In this document: positions 1 through 12,580 of the stretch, piece after piece | Numbering within the stretch: position 1 is the stretch's first letter | How the letters are laid out: each line of letters starts with the position of its first letter | NCBI GenBank assembly: GCA_038087875.1 | Contig: JAXLNO010000042.1 | Span: 1 to 38,670 of the forward strand | Direction of reading: 5' to 3' | DNA: 38,670 bases | DNA from: Malacoraja senta | Taxonomy: Eukaryota | Position numbers and translations under genes: made by a program | Notes under the pieces: model-generated | Told to the model about the DNA's origin: nothing | Seen by the model: the letters and a program-made list of their open reading frames with translations, nothing else | Database searches by the model: none

Positions 1-19
1 GTTTCAATCTCCCACCCCA

Positions 20-476
20 TGCACGTATGAAAGCACGTATGAGTCTTTTACAGTCATGTTGATTAAGAAAGGCCGTACTTTAGCAATATTTCTGAGGTGA
101 TAGAAAGCACACTTTGTTACCTTATTTATGTGAGATTTAAAATGACCAATTGTCAATTTTTACCCCCAGGCTTGTGACTTCTTGTTTGACATAGGCAGTC
201 AAATTTCCCAGTTTATCGATTAGCATTTCTCTCTTGGGTTTTGATCCAAGTAATAGAATTTCAGTCTCGTCATCGCTGAGTTTAAGAAAGTTAACATTCA
301 TCCATTTTTAATGGAAAATAGGCAGGAGGTCAAAGAACTTAAGGCATTTGCATCAGTGGGTTCAACAGAGAGGTATAACTGAGTGTCATCTGCATAACTT
401 AGAAAATTTACATTATGGTGTCTGATAACTCCTCCTAGCAGCAGCATATACGAGGAAAAGAGTAACGGGCCAAGGC
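20..476 (-). mobile_element. L2-clade LINE fragment (RT domain, decayed)
   Basis: Minus-strand translation gives [45 protein letters not shown] and FYHLRNIAKVRPFL, which are typical of L2 ORF2. Confidence 0.85.
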
Positions 477-929
477 AGCAACTCTACCATTGAGTGACTC
501 TGCCACCGCTTTTGATGGAAGTGGTCGAGGGAATGTTTGTGATTGGGTGGAGACCAAGGGAATCCTCATCACACAGCAGTCTGCAGTTCCATCTGAGAAG
601 TGGTGGAAAAAGTTTGTTAATCATAGCCTCTGTCTCTTTGCAATTGTTTTTCCATTTCTCCCATTTCTGATGGAAAGTCATCAACTCAAATCTTTCTGTT
701 TCTCCTTTCGATAGATGCAGCCTAGCCCAGAGTGAGTTCTCAGCATTTTCTGTTTTTATGTCAGGTTTCCAATATCTGCAGTCTTTAGCTTCTAGTTCAT
801 ATCATATATCTGCCACCATCAACTGGTCTGGCCTTTATGTGAATGCATTGTTGGGAACTTCAATACCTGAACTGTTGTGAGTTGCATTACCTGCAGTGCT
901 GTGAACTGCAATACCTGCAGCGTTGGGAA

Positions 930-1064
930 TGAAGAAACAAGGAACTGCAGATGCTGGTTTATACCAAAGGTAGACGCAAAGTGCTGGAGCAACTCAGTGG
1001 GTCAGGCAGCATCTCTGGAGATAAAGAATGGGTGACGTTTTGAGTCAGGGGCCTTCTTCAGACT
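930..1064 (-). mobile_element. Penelope-like terminal-repeat fragment with degenerate hammerhead motif
   Basis: Same repeat as the 3' end of the Penelope copy at 5845-6165; minus strand reads CTGAAGA...AAAACGTC. Confidence 0.7.
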
Positions 1065-1486
1065 CAACTCAACCGCTCTCTAAAATGACTGAGCATGTCA
1101 TTCGGTGTCAGCACTTGTCTTGCCAGTAATGCATGTGTGCTGGGAACTCATTTGTTAAATACAAACATTGAGCTTCTTGGCTTGATAACCAGGATTAATG
1201 TGCTGAATAAATGGGCAGTGACCTGGATGGAAAACCTGTCTTGTAACCTTGGTACTCAGTGGAGAACAAAAGCACATATCTTGCCAGGCCCAGCAAGCAT
1301 CGCAGAGTGCCCACCAGAGTCCACTCATTGCAGCTCCGGAGAAATACAGCTGAATTGTCAGCTCGCACATTGATAATGTTTAATCTGGATTTCCTTTCCC
1401 CTGTTTGGAATGTATAATTTACCCAACATCCCATGTCAGTCCAGGCTGTATTTCATTGCAGTATTTCCTCCGCACATGAGATGAAA

Positions 1487-2785
1487 GTCAGCATGGATTT
1501 ACGAAGGGAAAATCATGCTTGATTAATCTTCTGGAATTTTTTGAGGATGTAACAAGTAAATTGGACAAGGGAGAGCCAGTGGATGTGGTGTTCCTGGACT
1601 TTTAGAAAGCCTTTGATAAGGTCCCACACAGAAGATTAGTGGGCAAAATTAGGGCACATGGTATTGGGGGTAGGGTATTGACATGGATAGAAAATTGGTT
1701 GGCAGACAGGAAACAAAGAGTAGGGATTAACAGGTCCCTTTCAGAATGGCAGGCAGTGACTAGTGGGGTACCGCAAGGCTCGATGCTGGGACCACAGCTA
1801 TTTACAATATACATCAATGATTTAGATGAAGGAATTAAAAGTGACATTAGCAAATTTGCAGATGACACAAAGCTGGGTGGCAGTGCGAATTGTGAAGAGG
1901 CTGCTATGAGGATGCAGGGTGACTTGGACAAATTGGGTGAGTGGGCAGATGCATGGCGGATGCAGTATAATTTGGATACATGTGAGATTATCCACTTTGG
2001 TGGCAAGAACAGGGAGGCAGATTATTATCTGAATGGTGTCAATTTGAGAAAAGGGGAGGTACAATGTGACCTGGGTTTCCTTGTCATCAGTCACTGAAAG
2101 TAAACATGCAGGTACAGCAGGCAGTGAAGAAAGCTAATGGCATGTTGGCTTTTATAACAAGAGGAGTTGAGTATAGGAGCAAAGAGATCCTTCTGCAGTT
2201 GTACATGGCTCTGGTGAGACCACACCTGGAGTATTGTGTGCAGTTTTAGTCTCCTAATTTGAGGAAGGACATTCTTGCTTTTGAGGGAGTGCAGTGTAGG
2301 TTCTCAAGGTTAATTCCCAGAATGGCGGGACTGTCATATGCTGAAAGAATGGAGCGACTGGCCTTGTATTCACTGGAATCTAGAAGGAAGGGAGGGGATC
2401 GTATGGAAACATATAAAATTAATAAGGGATTGGACACGCTAGAGGCAGGAAACATGTTCCTGATGTTGGGGGAGTCCAGAACCACAGGCCACAGTTTAAG
2501 AATAAGGAGTAGGCCATTCAGAACTGAGATGAGGAAATACTTTTTTACGCAGAGAGTTGTGAATTTGTGGAATTCTCTGCCTCAGAAGGCAGTGGAGGCC
2601 GATTCACTGGATGCTTTCAAAAGAGAGTTAGATAGAGCTCTTAGGGCTAGCGGAATCGAGGGATATGGGGAGAAGGCAGGAACAGGGTACTGATTGTGGA
2701 TGTTCAGCCATGATCACATTCAATGGCGGTGCTGGCTCGAAGGGCCGAATGGCCTACTGCACCTATTGTCTATGTATCTATGAAT
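1487..2785 (+). mobile_element. CR1-clade LINE, 5'-truncated, with stop and frameshift
   Basis: ORFs 1639-2097 (GVPQGSMLGP, KFADDTKLGG) and 2259-2693 (FTQRVVNLWNSLP), followed by a 3' UTR and short tandem tail TGTCTATGTATCTATG. Confidence 0.93.
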
Positions 2786-3024
2786 TCTGTATATATTTCC
2801 CTCTCTTAATTTCTCCTGTACCTGATGTAATGCTGATTCCTTCCCTTTAACTCTCCCTGCTTTTCAGTGCTGCCTTTATCTATGTCTTGGTGTTTGATTC
2901 TCACCGATGTAGCCAAGCACTGTTTCCTGTGCACACAGGGACCATGCACACTCGAGCCTTCACTGCACCATTAACAACATACTTTCAATGAACAAAGTCA
3001 TTCTGAGCTGAGGGTGGAGGGGCA

Positions 3025-3973
3025 TTGGATGAGGGAATTGTTGGCTTTGTGGCCAAATTTGCAGATGATACGAAGATAGGTGGAGGGGCAGGTCGTGTAG
3101 AGGAGGCAGGGAGGCTGCAGAAGGACTGGCAAAGTTGGGAGAGTGGGCAAAGAAGAGGCAAATGGAATACATTGTAACAAAGTATATGGTCATGCACTTA
3201 GAAGGAATAAAGGTGCAGACTACTTTTTAATTATGGAGAGGATTCAGGAATTGGAGTGCAAAGGGATTTGGGAGAGCTCATGCAGGATTCTCAAAAGGTT
3301 AATTTGCAGCTTGAGTCAATGGTAAGGACGACAGATGCAATGTTAGCATTCATTTCGAGGGGACTAGAATATAAAAGCATGGATGTAATGCTGAGGCTTT
3401 ATCAGGCGTTAGTGAGGCCATATTTTAAATATTGTGAGTAGTTTTGGGTCCCATATCTGAGAAGGGTATTCTAGCTTTGGAATGAGGCTTATGAGAATTA
3501 TCCCAAGGATGATTGGGTTAATGTATGAGGAGTGTTTGAAGACTCTGGGCCTTTCCTTGCTGGGGGTTTAGAAGGATGAGGGGATATCTCATTGAAACCT
3601 ATTGAATAATGAAAGGCCTGGATACAGTTGACATGGAAAATATGTTTGGAGTGATGGGAGAGTCTAGAACCAGAGGGCACAGCCTCAGAGAAAATGGATG
3701 TAGCTTCAAAATGAAGATGAGGAGGAATTTCTTGAGCCAGAAAGTGGTGAAACTGTGGAATTCATTGCCACAGATGGCTGTGGATGCCAAGATATTGGGT
3801 ATTTCTAATGCAGAGATTGATCAGTTCTTGATTTGGAAGGGTGTCAAAGGTTATGGGAAGAAGGCAGGAGAATGGTGTTGAGAGGGAAAAATAGATCAGC
3901 CATAATTGAATGGTGGAGTAGAGTCGATGGGCTGAATGGCCTAATTCTGCTCCTATGTCTTATGGTCTTATGG
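3025..3973 (+). mobile_element. CR1-clade LINE 3' fragment, older subfamily
   Basis: KFADDTKIGG at about 3055, ORFs 3256-3441 and 3609-3881 (KVVKLWNSLP), and tail TATGTCTTATGGTCTTATGG. Confidence 0.9.
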
Positions 3974-4039
3974 CAAGTCAAATTAATCCCAAATTTCTAG
4001 TTTACCTAGGTGGAATGTGAGGTGCCGTTCCTCAAGCTT

Positions 4040-4245
4040 ACATTTGGTCCCACCCAGGCAAAGATTCACAAGCACCTTTTCCAATCTGCTTTCAGTGTTG
4101 TATCCTCCACATCAGTGAGACCAAGTGTAGACTGGGTGACAGTCTTGGTGCACGCGTGCTCTGTCCATAATCACCTTCCTGAGCTCCCGGTTGCGTGTCA
4201 TTTCAATTCCCTCCCCCATTCTCACACTGTCCCCTCTGTCACTGG
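4040..4245 (+). mobile_element. Penelope-like element GIY-YIG endonuclease fragment
   Basis: Translation LHISETKCRLGD/VHACSVHNHLPELPVACHFNSLPHSHT resembles the PLE motif YIGETKRRLGDRFxEHxRSV...PVAxHFN. Confidence 0.75.
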
Positions 4246-4295
4246 TAACCAGCGCCCTGGGAGTTCCTTGCTCTCTCCTTTAGATCCATCCAGGT

Positions 4296-5123
4296 TAGAA
4301 ACATAGAAACATAGAAACATAGAAATTAGGTGCAGGAGTAGGCCATTCGGCCCTTCGAGCCTGCACCGCCATTCAATATGATCATGGCTGATCATCCAAC
4401 TCAGTATCCCGTACCTGCCTTCTCTCCATACCCTCTGATCCCTTTAGCCACAAGGGCCACATCTAGCTCCCTCTTAAATATAGCCAATGAACTGGCCTCG
4501 ACTACCCTCTGTGGCAGAGAGTTCCAGAGATTCACCACTCTCTGTGTGAAAAAAGTTCTTCTCATCTCGGTTTTAAAGGATTTCCCCCTTATCCTTAAGC
4601 TGTGACCCCTTGTCCTGGACTTCCCCAACATCGGGAGCAATCTTCCTGCATCTAGCCTGTCCAACCCCTTAAGAATTTTGTAAGTTTCTATAAGATCCCC
4701 TCTCAATCTCCTAAATTCTAGAGAGTATAAACCAAGTCTATCCAGTCTTTCTTCGTAAGACAGTCCTGACATCCCAGGAATCAGTCTGGTGAACCTTCTC
4801 TGCACTCCCTCTATGGCAATAATGTCCTTCCTCAGATTTGGAGACCAAAACTGTACGCAATACTCCAGGTGTGGTCTCACCAAGACCCTGTACAGCTGCA
4901 GTAGAACCTCCCTGCTCCTATACTCAAATCCTTTTGCTATGAAAGCTAACATACCATTCGCTTTCTTCACTGCCTGCTGCACCTGCATGCCTACTTTCAA
5001 TGACTGGTGTACCATGACACCCAGGTCTCGCTGCATCTCCCCTTTTCCTAGTCGGCCACCATTTAGAAAATAGTCTGCTTTCCTGTTTTTGCCACCAAAA
5101 TGGATAACCTCACATTTATCCAC
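4296..5123 (-). mobile_element. Young CR1-clade LINE, 5'-truncated
   Basis: ORF 4401-5153 is identical in protein (from VDKCEV onward) to the C-terminus of ORF 29270-31279; (TTTCTATG)n tail at 4296-4326. Confidence 0.96.
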
Positions 5124-5844
5124 TTCCTTCTTTTTCCAATCCAAAATTTCCATTTGGTTCTTTAACTAAAGAGTATTTTAATATTTATTTCTATCTTTAG
5201 TTTTTTGTTCAATCACTTGGTGAATTGATCAGTTGTAAAACTGGTGCTTAAATGAAACGGGGTGGAACTCAACTTGCAGTGAGACTGAAAATAATTCTTA
5301 AAGAGAATGAACAGAAAATAAAAAATGCAAGCAAGGTTTGGCACACTGAGTCTTGAATTTGAATATTGTAAACGATTTCAGCAGATAATTGCTTCACCCA
5401 CAATTTGTGAATCCATTCAGTCTCTTGTGTTTATTTTATGTGCCCAAACTATTATTGTCACGGCAACCTGACCTTTCTAGTTTGCCTACTCGTAGATCCA
5501 TCAGTCAGGTTTCATGGAAGATGCTCCAATGTAATCAGTTCTCATTTAAATGTCGTCTAGTCTGCCACACAGCTATTGAATGGGTAGTTATGAATTCAAC
5601 ATGTTGATGTTGATGTTGAATTAGGTTGAGTTTGGAACAGTTATAGCCATAAGTCTATCAGGAAATGGCAGCTATTTATTTCCCCTTTGGGTATGAAAAA
5701 AAAAGTGAAGGTTCACTTTTGCTGTCATTGTCAATTATATCCATTTGTTTGCAATCTTCAGAAAGATAAGTATGGACGTTTAGAGGTATAGCATGAATGT
5801 AGCACATTATAGTGATGAAGAACGAGCCCCCTAAACAGACAATA

Positions 5845-6165
5845 GATGATAGACACAAAATGTTGGAGTAACTCAGCGGGACAGGCAGCATCTCTGGATA
5901 GAAGGAAATGGGTGACATTTCAGTTCATGACCCTTCTTCAGAATGAGAGTAAGAGGGAAGGAGGGACACAGAGATGGGGAAGGATGTGAAACTGAGAGTT
6001 CAAAGGGGAATACAATTTAATCAGAGGACAGTCAGACTGGTCAGAGAACTCGGACGGGGGAGAGGGAAACCAAGGGTTACTTGGAGATGTCAATATTCAT
6101 ACCACTGGGTTGTAAGCTGCCCAAGCAAAATATGAGGTGTTGTTTCTCCAATTTGCATTGAAAGC
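5845..6165 (-). mobile_element. Penelope-like element 3' end (GIY-YIG C-terminus, UTR, hammerhead-bearing terminal repeat)
   Basis: Minus strand encodes QCKLEKQHLIFCLGSLQPSGMNIDISK*, followed by CTGAAGAAGGGTCATGAACTGAAATGTC (5914-5941) and the recurrent GATGCTGCCTG...CTGAGTTACTCCA repeat. Confidence 0.82.
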
Positions 6166-6354
6166 ACCTCTCCTTTCAATTTTGTCTCATTACTCAGTAG
6201 TACATCAGCTCTTGGCTTTAATATTTGTATATTGTACAGGAGTGGGTCTGGATACAGTGCTGCTGTGTTTAAACTGGTTAATTGATTTGCTTGTTAATTC
6301 ATTCTGCAAACCGCTTGTACACCATTCAAAAGCAATGATTTGGGTTTGAAGAAT

Positions 6355-6480
6355 GTCGAAACGAGGAACTACAGATGCTGGTTTACGAAAAAAAGACACA
6401 ACGTGCTGGAATAACTCAGCGGGTCAGGCAGCATCTCTGAAGAACATGGACAGATGATGTTTTCAGTTTGGACCCTCCCC
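6355..6480 (-). mobile_element. Penelope-like terminal-repeat fragment
   Basis: GGAACTACAGATGCTGG...GTGCTGGAATAACTCAGCGGGTCAGGCAGCATCTCTG, the same family as 930-1064. Confidence 0.7.
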
Positions 6481-6559
6481 CAGTTGGGGGTTTAAATTTG
6501 ACACTGCACACATTATATAGATAATAACAATACAGTACCTTTACCCATCCAAAATTACA

Positions 6560-7310
6560 ATAGAATAATTAGAATTAGAATAACGTTTTTTGTCATTTGA
6601 ACCTAAGTTTCGTTTCTGCAGTCATACAAACAAGAAAAAAAACCAAAACACACAGTTAACACAATTTACATAAACATCCATCACAGTGAATCTCCAAACA
6701 CCTCCTCTGTGATGGAAGGCAAAGTCTTGTCTCTCCCCTGTTCTTTTATTCTTCATCCAATGTTAAAGCCCCCGGCGGGCAATGGTAAGTCCCACGGCTG
6801 TTAAAGCCGTGCCGGGCGATGTAAGGCCCCGCTCCGGGTCGTCTTCAACCCCACAATTCGGGCGGGAGAAGTTGCCGTTGCGGGAGCTCCGAAAAGTGGT
6901 CTCCCACCAGGGACCCGCGAGCTTCCGATGTCACCGTCCACCGGGCCTGCGGCTGGAGCCTCCGAAGCTCCGGTCGGGTCGCAGCCGCGCGCCACCACAG
7001 CTCTCCGCGCTCTGAAGCCGGCCAGCCCCACGATGGTGAGTCCGCAGGCTCCGCGACTGGAGCCCCCCAGGACATTCCGGCTGGAGGCCGCTCCACGGTG
7101 CTAGGCCCCAACGACAACGGAGACCCGACAGGGAAAAGGTCGGGTTCCCCGTACAGGGAAGAGATTTAAAAGTTTCCCCCACCCCCTACATATACACAGC
7201 TAAAAATAATATATAAACTACAACCAAAAACATGCACTAACAGTACAAAAAGAAGAAAAAAAGACAGACGGACAGCAGAGGCCACTGACGTGAGGCGCCG
7301 CCACTTCTGG
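6560..7310 (-). mobile_element. Putative non-autonomous GC-rich retroposon, family not identified
   Basis: Sharp CpG-rich block in an AT-rich intron. The minus strand starts CCAGAAGTGGCGGCGCC and ends CAAATGACAAAAAACG(TTCTAA-like tail). No credible ORF. Confidence 0.45.
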
Positions 7311-7594
7311 ATGTTGAGGCTGAAGAAATCAGAAAGACCCAATGATTATGCCTCTTTGTAGTGTTTCCCTATCAAAATACTCAAAATGTAACATGGCCTA
7401 CTTAGTATTTTATTAAAAGATTAACAGACTCAAACAAAGCCAGCAAAGTGTATCGAATTGTTCAGCTTCTGCATCAGAAATTCAGGTAATTGAAGTGGAG
7501 GAGAAAGACACATCTATCATGGGGAGTTTTTTGAACTGGCCAAATTCTCGGGTTCGCGTGAGGCATCACGCAAACTGGTGCAAAAGCACCTTAT

Positions 7595-7985
7595 TACTTT
7601 AGTTTTTAGACTTTAGAGAAAGCGCAGAAACAGGTCATTCGGCCACCGAGTCCTCGCCGACCAGTGATAGTCCCATACAATAGCACTACCCTACACATAA
7701 GGGACAATTTACAATTTTACCGAAGCCAATTAACCTACAAACCTGTATGTCTTTGCTGTGTGGGGGGAAACCTGAGAAAACCCAGTTTCCAAAGATGTGG
7801 AGCTTTGTAGGTTAATTGGCTTCTCCAAATTGTGGGATAGAATTAGTGTAAGTGTGATTGCTGGTCGGCCTAAACTAGGTGAGCTGAAGGATCTGTTTTC
7901 ACGCTGTATCTCTAAACTAAACTAAACTACACTAAACTAAACCGCACTTAACAAAATGAAACTTAACTAAACTAAACTAAACTAT
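7595..7985. mobile_element. Two inverted HE1/V-type SINE 3' halves with (AAACT)n tail
   Basis: 7595-7775 (-) and 7785-7985 (+) both match the 3' part of the SINE at 8127-8446; AAACT tandem at 7913-7983. Confidence 0.75.
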
Positions 7986-7989
7986 ACCT

Positions 7990-8585
7990 CTGGTCCGGGT
8001 TCATTCCTGACTTCCAGTGCTTCCTCTGTGGATTTTGCACACTCTCCCTGAAATGTTGTGGGTTTCTTTACCCACATCCTAAATATGTACAGTTTGGAAG
8101 GTTAATTGGACACTGGAAATTACCCGAGTTTAGTTTAGTTTAGAGATACAGCGCTGAAACAGGCCCTTCAGCCCACCGAGTCCGTGCCGACCAGCGATCC
8201 CCACTCATTAACACTATCCTACACGCACTAGGGACAATTTACACTTATACCATGCCAATTAACTACAAACCTGTATGTCTTTGGAGAGTGGGAGGAAAAC
8301 GAAGATCTCGGAGAAAAACCACGCAGGTCATGGGGAGAACGTACAAACTCCGTACAGACAGCACCCATAGTCAGGATCGAAACCGGGTCTCCGGCGCTGC
8401 AAATGTTGTAAGGCAGCAACTCTTCCGCTGCACCACCGTGCTGCCCACTAGGTGAATGATAGAATCTTGGGGGAACTAGGAGAATGTGGGGAAGGTAGGA
8501 TTAGTGTAAAAATGAGTGCTTGATGAACAATACGCACACAGAGAACCAAAGGGCCTGTTTCCATGCTGCATCTCTCTGTATTACT
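7990..8585 (+). mobile_element. Older V-type SINE interrupted by a younger SINE
   Basis: GGGTTCATTCCTGAC...GTGGATTTTGCACACTCTCCC at 7997-8050; it resumes after 8447 and ends AAGGGCCTGTTTCCATGCTGCATCTCT. Confidence 0.65.
8127..8446 (-). mobile_element. Full-length tRNA-derived SINE (HE1/V-SINE-like)
   Basis: Minus strand shows a tRNA-like head with A box (GGTGGTGCAGCGG) and B box (GGTTTCGATCC), the central GGAGTTTGTACGTTCTCCCC domain, and an (AAACT)n tail. Confidence 0.88.
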
Positions 8586-9739
8586 CTGCAAGTTATTTTA
8601 GTTTGAATGGCTGAATGCCAGTGGGTTGCACAAAACCATTGGCCCCAACAGCAGGATTCAGCCTGCATTGTAGCTCATCCTTGTTTATTTGCCACATTTT
8701 GTTATCTTCTCACTGTGGCCTATTTAATCATCATGACACATTTCCTGAAGCCTAGATTTTCTTCCCACTCTCTTTGTACCATCTATAAATAAAACAAAGT
8801 CACAATGCTTTGCTGAAATTATACTTTTGTTTTTGTAGTAGTAAATAAGGCGTATTTTTTTCAATTGTTCTTTAGGTTGTTGGTGGATTTGTATAGGACA
8901 GGGAGCATACTGATTCTTCTTTGGATTGTAGTGTTAGTCATCAGCTGTGGTGTTTTAAGCAAATAAGATTTCTGGAATTTGAAAGAAGGCACTGTATGGT
9001 GCATTGCGTTGGAGAATGTCAGTTCACCTCAGTGGCCTGGGTTTAACTCCGTTCCAGGCTAATATAAGATAACTTGCTGTTGCCTGTAGGTATGTGCGTA
9101 AGCTAAGTTTGTACATCATTATTTTGGAGAAATCCTTTCCAGTTCAGCATGACAATGGCAGTTTTATTCAGAGAGGCAATCAGGGAGCTTCGTCCTGCAA
9201 GTTGACTGTTCTGCATTTGACCTTAAATTGCTTAATGCTGACAGTGAATGCCTGGATTGGAGAGTGTTCTGTTTCCTTCCCTGTTCAGAGAATCGCGCTG
9301 CAAAGTAGAGGATGGTCAATGCAATTGACTCATGTGATAAAAAGTGAATGAGAACGATTCTGTTAGTGCACATTTCCAGACAAAGTTAAAGGTCTTGTGC
9401 TACAAACATTGTTCAGCCACACAGTTTCGTTGTCTTCTCGCAACGGCAGGACATGTGAAGCAAAGGCCTTTAATGCAAAGGCCATGAATGACGTGAAGCA
9501 AAGGCCTTGAATTACATGACATTTTCCTGGCAAAGTATCCACAAACAAAACGTGTGTTAGCCCACTGAAAACTATCTGTCTAACTTCGCTTGAGAGAAAC
9601 AGCAATTTCAGGTAAAACAAGTTATCTCCATTTGTGGACTTCAATAAAGACAGTGATGAAAGATACTGTTTGTGATCGTTTTCTGGCCCGGTCTATCTCT
9701 GTTCGATGGTTTCAGACAGAATATTTAATTTGAGCAAGT

Positions 9740-9968
9740 CAGATACAAAGGGTGGTGGGAATATAAAATGAAATGCCAGAGGCGGTAGTTGAGGCAGGTC
9801 GCATAAGAACATTTAAAATACATTTTGACAGGTACATGGATAGGAAAGGTTTAGAGGGATATGGGTCAAACATGGGCAGGTGGGACTAGTGTACATGGGG
9901 CATCTTGGTTGGCATGGGCAAGTTGGGCTATTAGGACTGCTTCTGTGCTATGTGACTCCATGACTCTA
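9740..9968 (+). mobile_element. CR1-clade LINE extreme 3' fragment
   Basis: GGTGGTGGGAATATAAAATGAAATGCCAGAGGCGGTAGTTGAGGCAGG...GAGGGATATGGG matches CR1 ORF2 end and UTR; similar to 28815-29003. Confidence 0.75.
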
Positions 9969-10944
9969 ATTACTTTGCATTTGCATGAATAAGATTTAAT
10001 TACGTGTCTACTTAAAAGAATCTGAAAAGCAGAAACTTCCAATATTTTTCTATTTCTACTTAACTTTCTATTTAAGTCTAGTGATTTTTCTAGTGATTGG
10101 CAAGGAATCGCCAGCAGGTATGTGACAGAGAACTAACAATTATGTTTTGGGGCGGCTACTTTTTAAAGTGAACGAGCTGATATTGTTGTATGGAAAACAG
10201 TTTTTTCATTTGTTAGACAAAAATAAGTAAAAAGCAGATACATCACATATCCAACACTCCCCAAAGGTTCAAGATTATTATTTTTTCAACAAAATGTACA
10301 TTTGTGAGTTCATTAGAGCTCACTTGGCATATACTTATTTTTGTCTGAATTTCTTTTTATGCGCTTAATCTTTAACCTATGAATTCACAAAGACACCATT
10401 AAATATTAGATTTCTATTACAGATATTACACCCTCTGTAGTTTAGCTGATATTCTTAGAGACCTTATTCATGTACTGCTCACACTGAGAATGCACATTTT
10501 TGCTTTAAATATTACTAACACGTTACATATTGAAGGCTGCCCAGGTGTTGTAATTAAAATAAAAGCTTTTTTACAATGAAATACTTTGACTGTTGTCTGT
10601 ATGTATGATAAAATAGGAAGTATACATATGCTTGAGTTTCCATTAGTTCACTACAAATTATTGCCTAATTCTGACATTTAATAACATAAATCAGCTTTGG
10701 ATAAGTTTGAGTATCCTCATTGTGCAACTCCAAAATGTAAAAAACTAGACTGATGCACACTTCACGATGTACTATAGGCTCCTGTATATTTTGATTGAAA
10801 TGCATTACTGTCAAAACTTTTCAATCTATTTAAAGCAAATATGTAGAGGATGTTTCAATGAGCAGATAAACGTTTTACACCAATTATTGCAAAGAATTGT
10901 GTCTGATAGAGTTGCTCCACTTTGCATTATACCTATAATAAACT

Positions 10945-11095
<151 letters not shown>

Positions 11096-11134
11096 GTGTA
11101 TAATATGCTCTAAATGTGGCTAAAATTTCAAATG

Positions 11135-12465
11135 TTTTTCATGGATAGTTGAGGGGGTAAAAGAGGGTGTTGCTTTTTGATTAAGGAGAACTGGCATTAT
11201 TGAAGGATTGTCCAGTGAAGCTATATGGGTGGAGCTGAGAAATAAAAAGAAGATGATCACCTTGTTGGGATTGTACTATGTGCCCCCAAATAGTCAGTGG
11301 AAATTAGAAGAACAAAACTGCAGAAGATTGCAGACAGCTGCAAGATTAAGATAGTTGTCAAAGTAGGGCTTTTAACTTTACCATTGTGGACTGGGACTGC
11401 TATAGTGCCAAGAACTTAGATGGGGTGGAATTTGTCAAGCATGTTCAGAAATCTTGACCTACCCACAGGGAATTGGTCAGGGCAAGTGGCTGAATTGTCA
11501 GTGGGTGAGCACTTTGATACCTGTGACCACAGTTCTGTTCAGTTGTCTTGTTAAGGACAAGGCTAATCCACAAATTCAAGTTCCAAATTGGGGCAAGGCC
11601 AACGTTGATGGTATTAGATGGGAACTTTCACAGGTTGATGGGAGAGGGTAGACACAAAATGCTGGAGTAACTCAGCGGGACAAGGAGTATCTATGGAGAG
11701 AAGGAATGAGTGACGTTTCAGGTCGAGACTCTTCTTCAGACTGTATTGATTGGAGTGGGTCGATTACAGGCAAAGGGACATCCAGAAAGTGCGATACTTT
11801 TAAAATTGTGGTCGTGAGAGTTGAAGGTAAGCATGTTCCTGTTGGAATAAAGGGCAAGAATAAAGGGCAAGTAAGGCTAATGAGAGAAATTAAGGCTCTG
11901 GACAGGAAAAATGAGGCATGTCAAGTATAGACAACTGAGCTACCTGGTGAAGTATAGGGTTTGAGAAACATACTTCAGATGGCAATCTTGAGGGCAAAAA
12001 GGGGACATGTGGTAGTTCTGGCAGATAAGAATAAAGAAAATAGAAAGATATTTTAAAAGTATATTAAGGGGAAAAGGATAACTAGAGAGAGAAACCTTCA
12101 GAAACCAAAGAGGTCATCTCTGTGTGAATCTGCAGGAGATGGGCAAGGGTTCAGTGAATATTTCTCCTTTATTTTTACTGTGAAGAAAGACATGAAGATT
12201 AGGGAATTTAGGAAAGTTAATGATGATGTCTTGTGGACAGTCTATAATAAGGTTCAGGACGTCCTAATGTGTATGAAGATAGATACATCTCCCAAGTCTG
12301 AATGAATATATCCAAGGACACCAGGAGAGAAGTTCGAGAAGAAATTGCCGTGGCTGAGATATAGGATTCATTGTTAGACATGAATGTGGTGCCGAATAAC
12401 TGGAGGGCGGCTAATTTTGTGCCTCAATTTAAGAAGGGGTGTAAAGAAAAATCTGGGAATTATAT
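11135..12465 (+). mobile_element. Old CR1-clade LINE, endonuclease/linker region, heavily decayed
   Basis: EGLSSEAIWVELRNKKKMITLLGLYYVPPNSQ at about 11202-11297 and VPNNWRAANFVPQFKKG at about 12388-12440; interrupted by a Penelope-type repeat. Confidence 0.8.
11648..11742 (-). mobile_element. Penelope-like terminal repeat with intact hammerhead core, inserted in old CR1
   Basis: Minus strand AGT-CTGAAGA-AGAGTCTCGACCT-GAAAC-GTC-ACT. Confidence 0.78.
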
Positions 12466-12473
12466 TCGGTCAG

Positions 12474-12580
12474 CTGAAGAAGGTACCCAACCTGAAACGT
12501 TGTTGCGTACTGTATATTCCCTCCACAGAGGGTGCTTGATCCATTAAATTTCTCCATGAAGTTCCTCCAGCATGTTGTTT
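12474..12580 (+). mobile_element. Penelope-like terminal repeat with hammerhead motif, sense to GABRA4
   Basis: CTGAAGA-AGGTACCCAACCT-GAAAC-GTT followed by TTCCCTCCACAGAGGGTGCTTGATCC...AGTTCCTCCAGCA. Confidence 0.68.
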
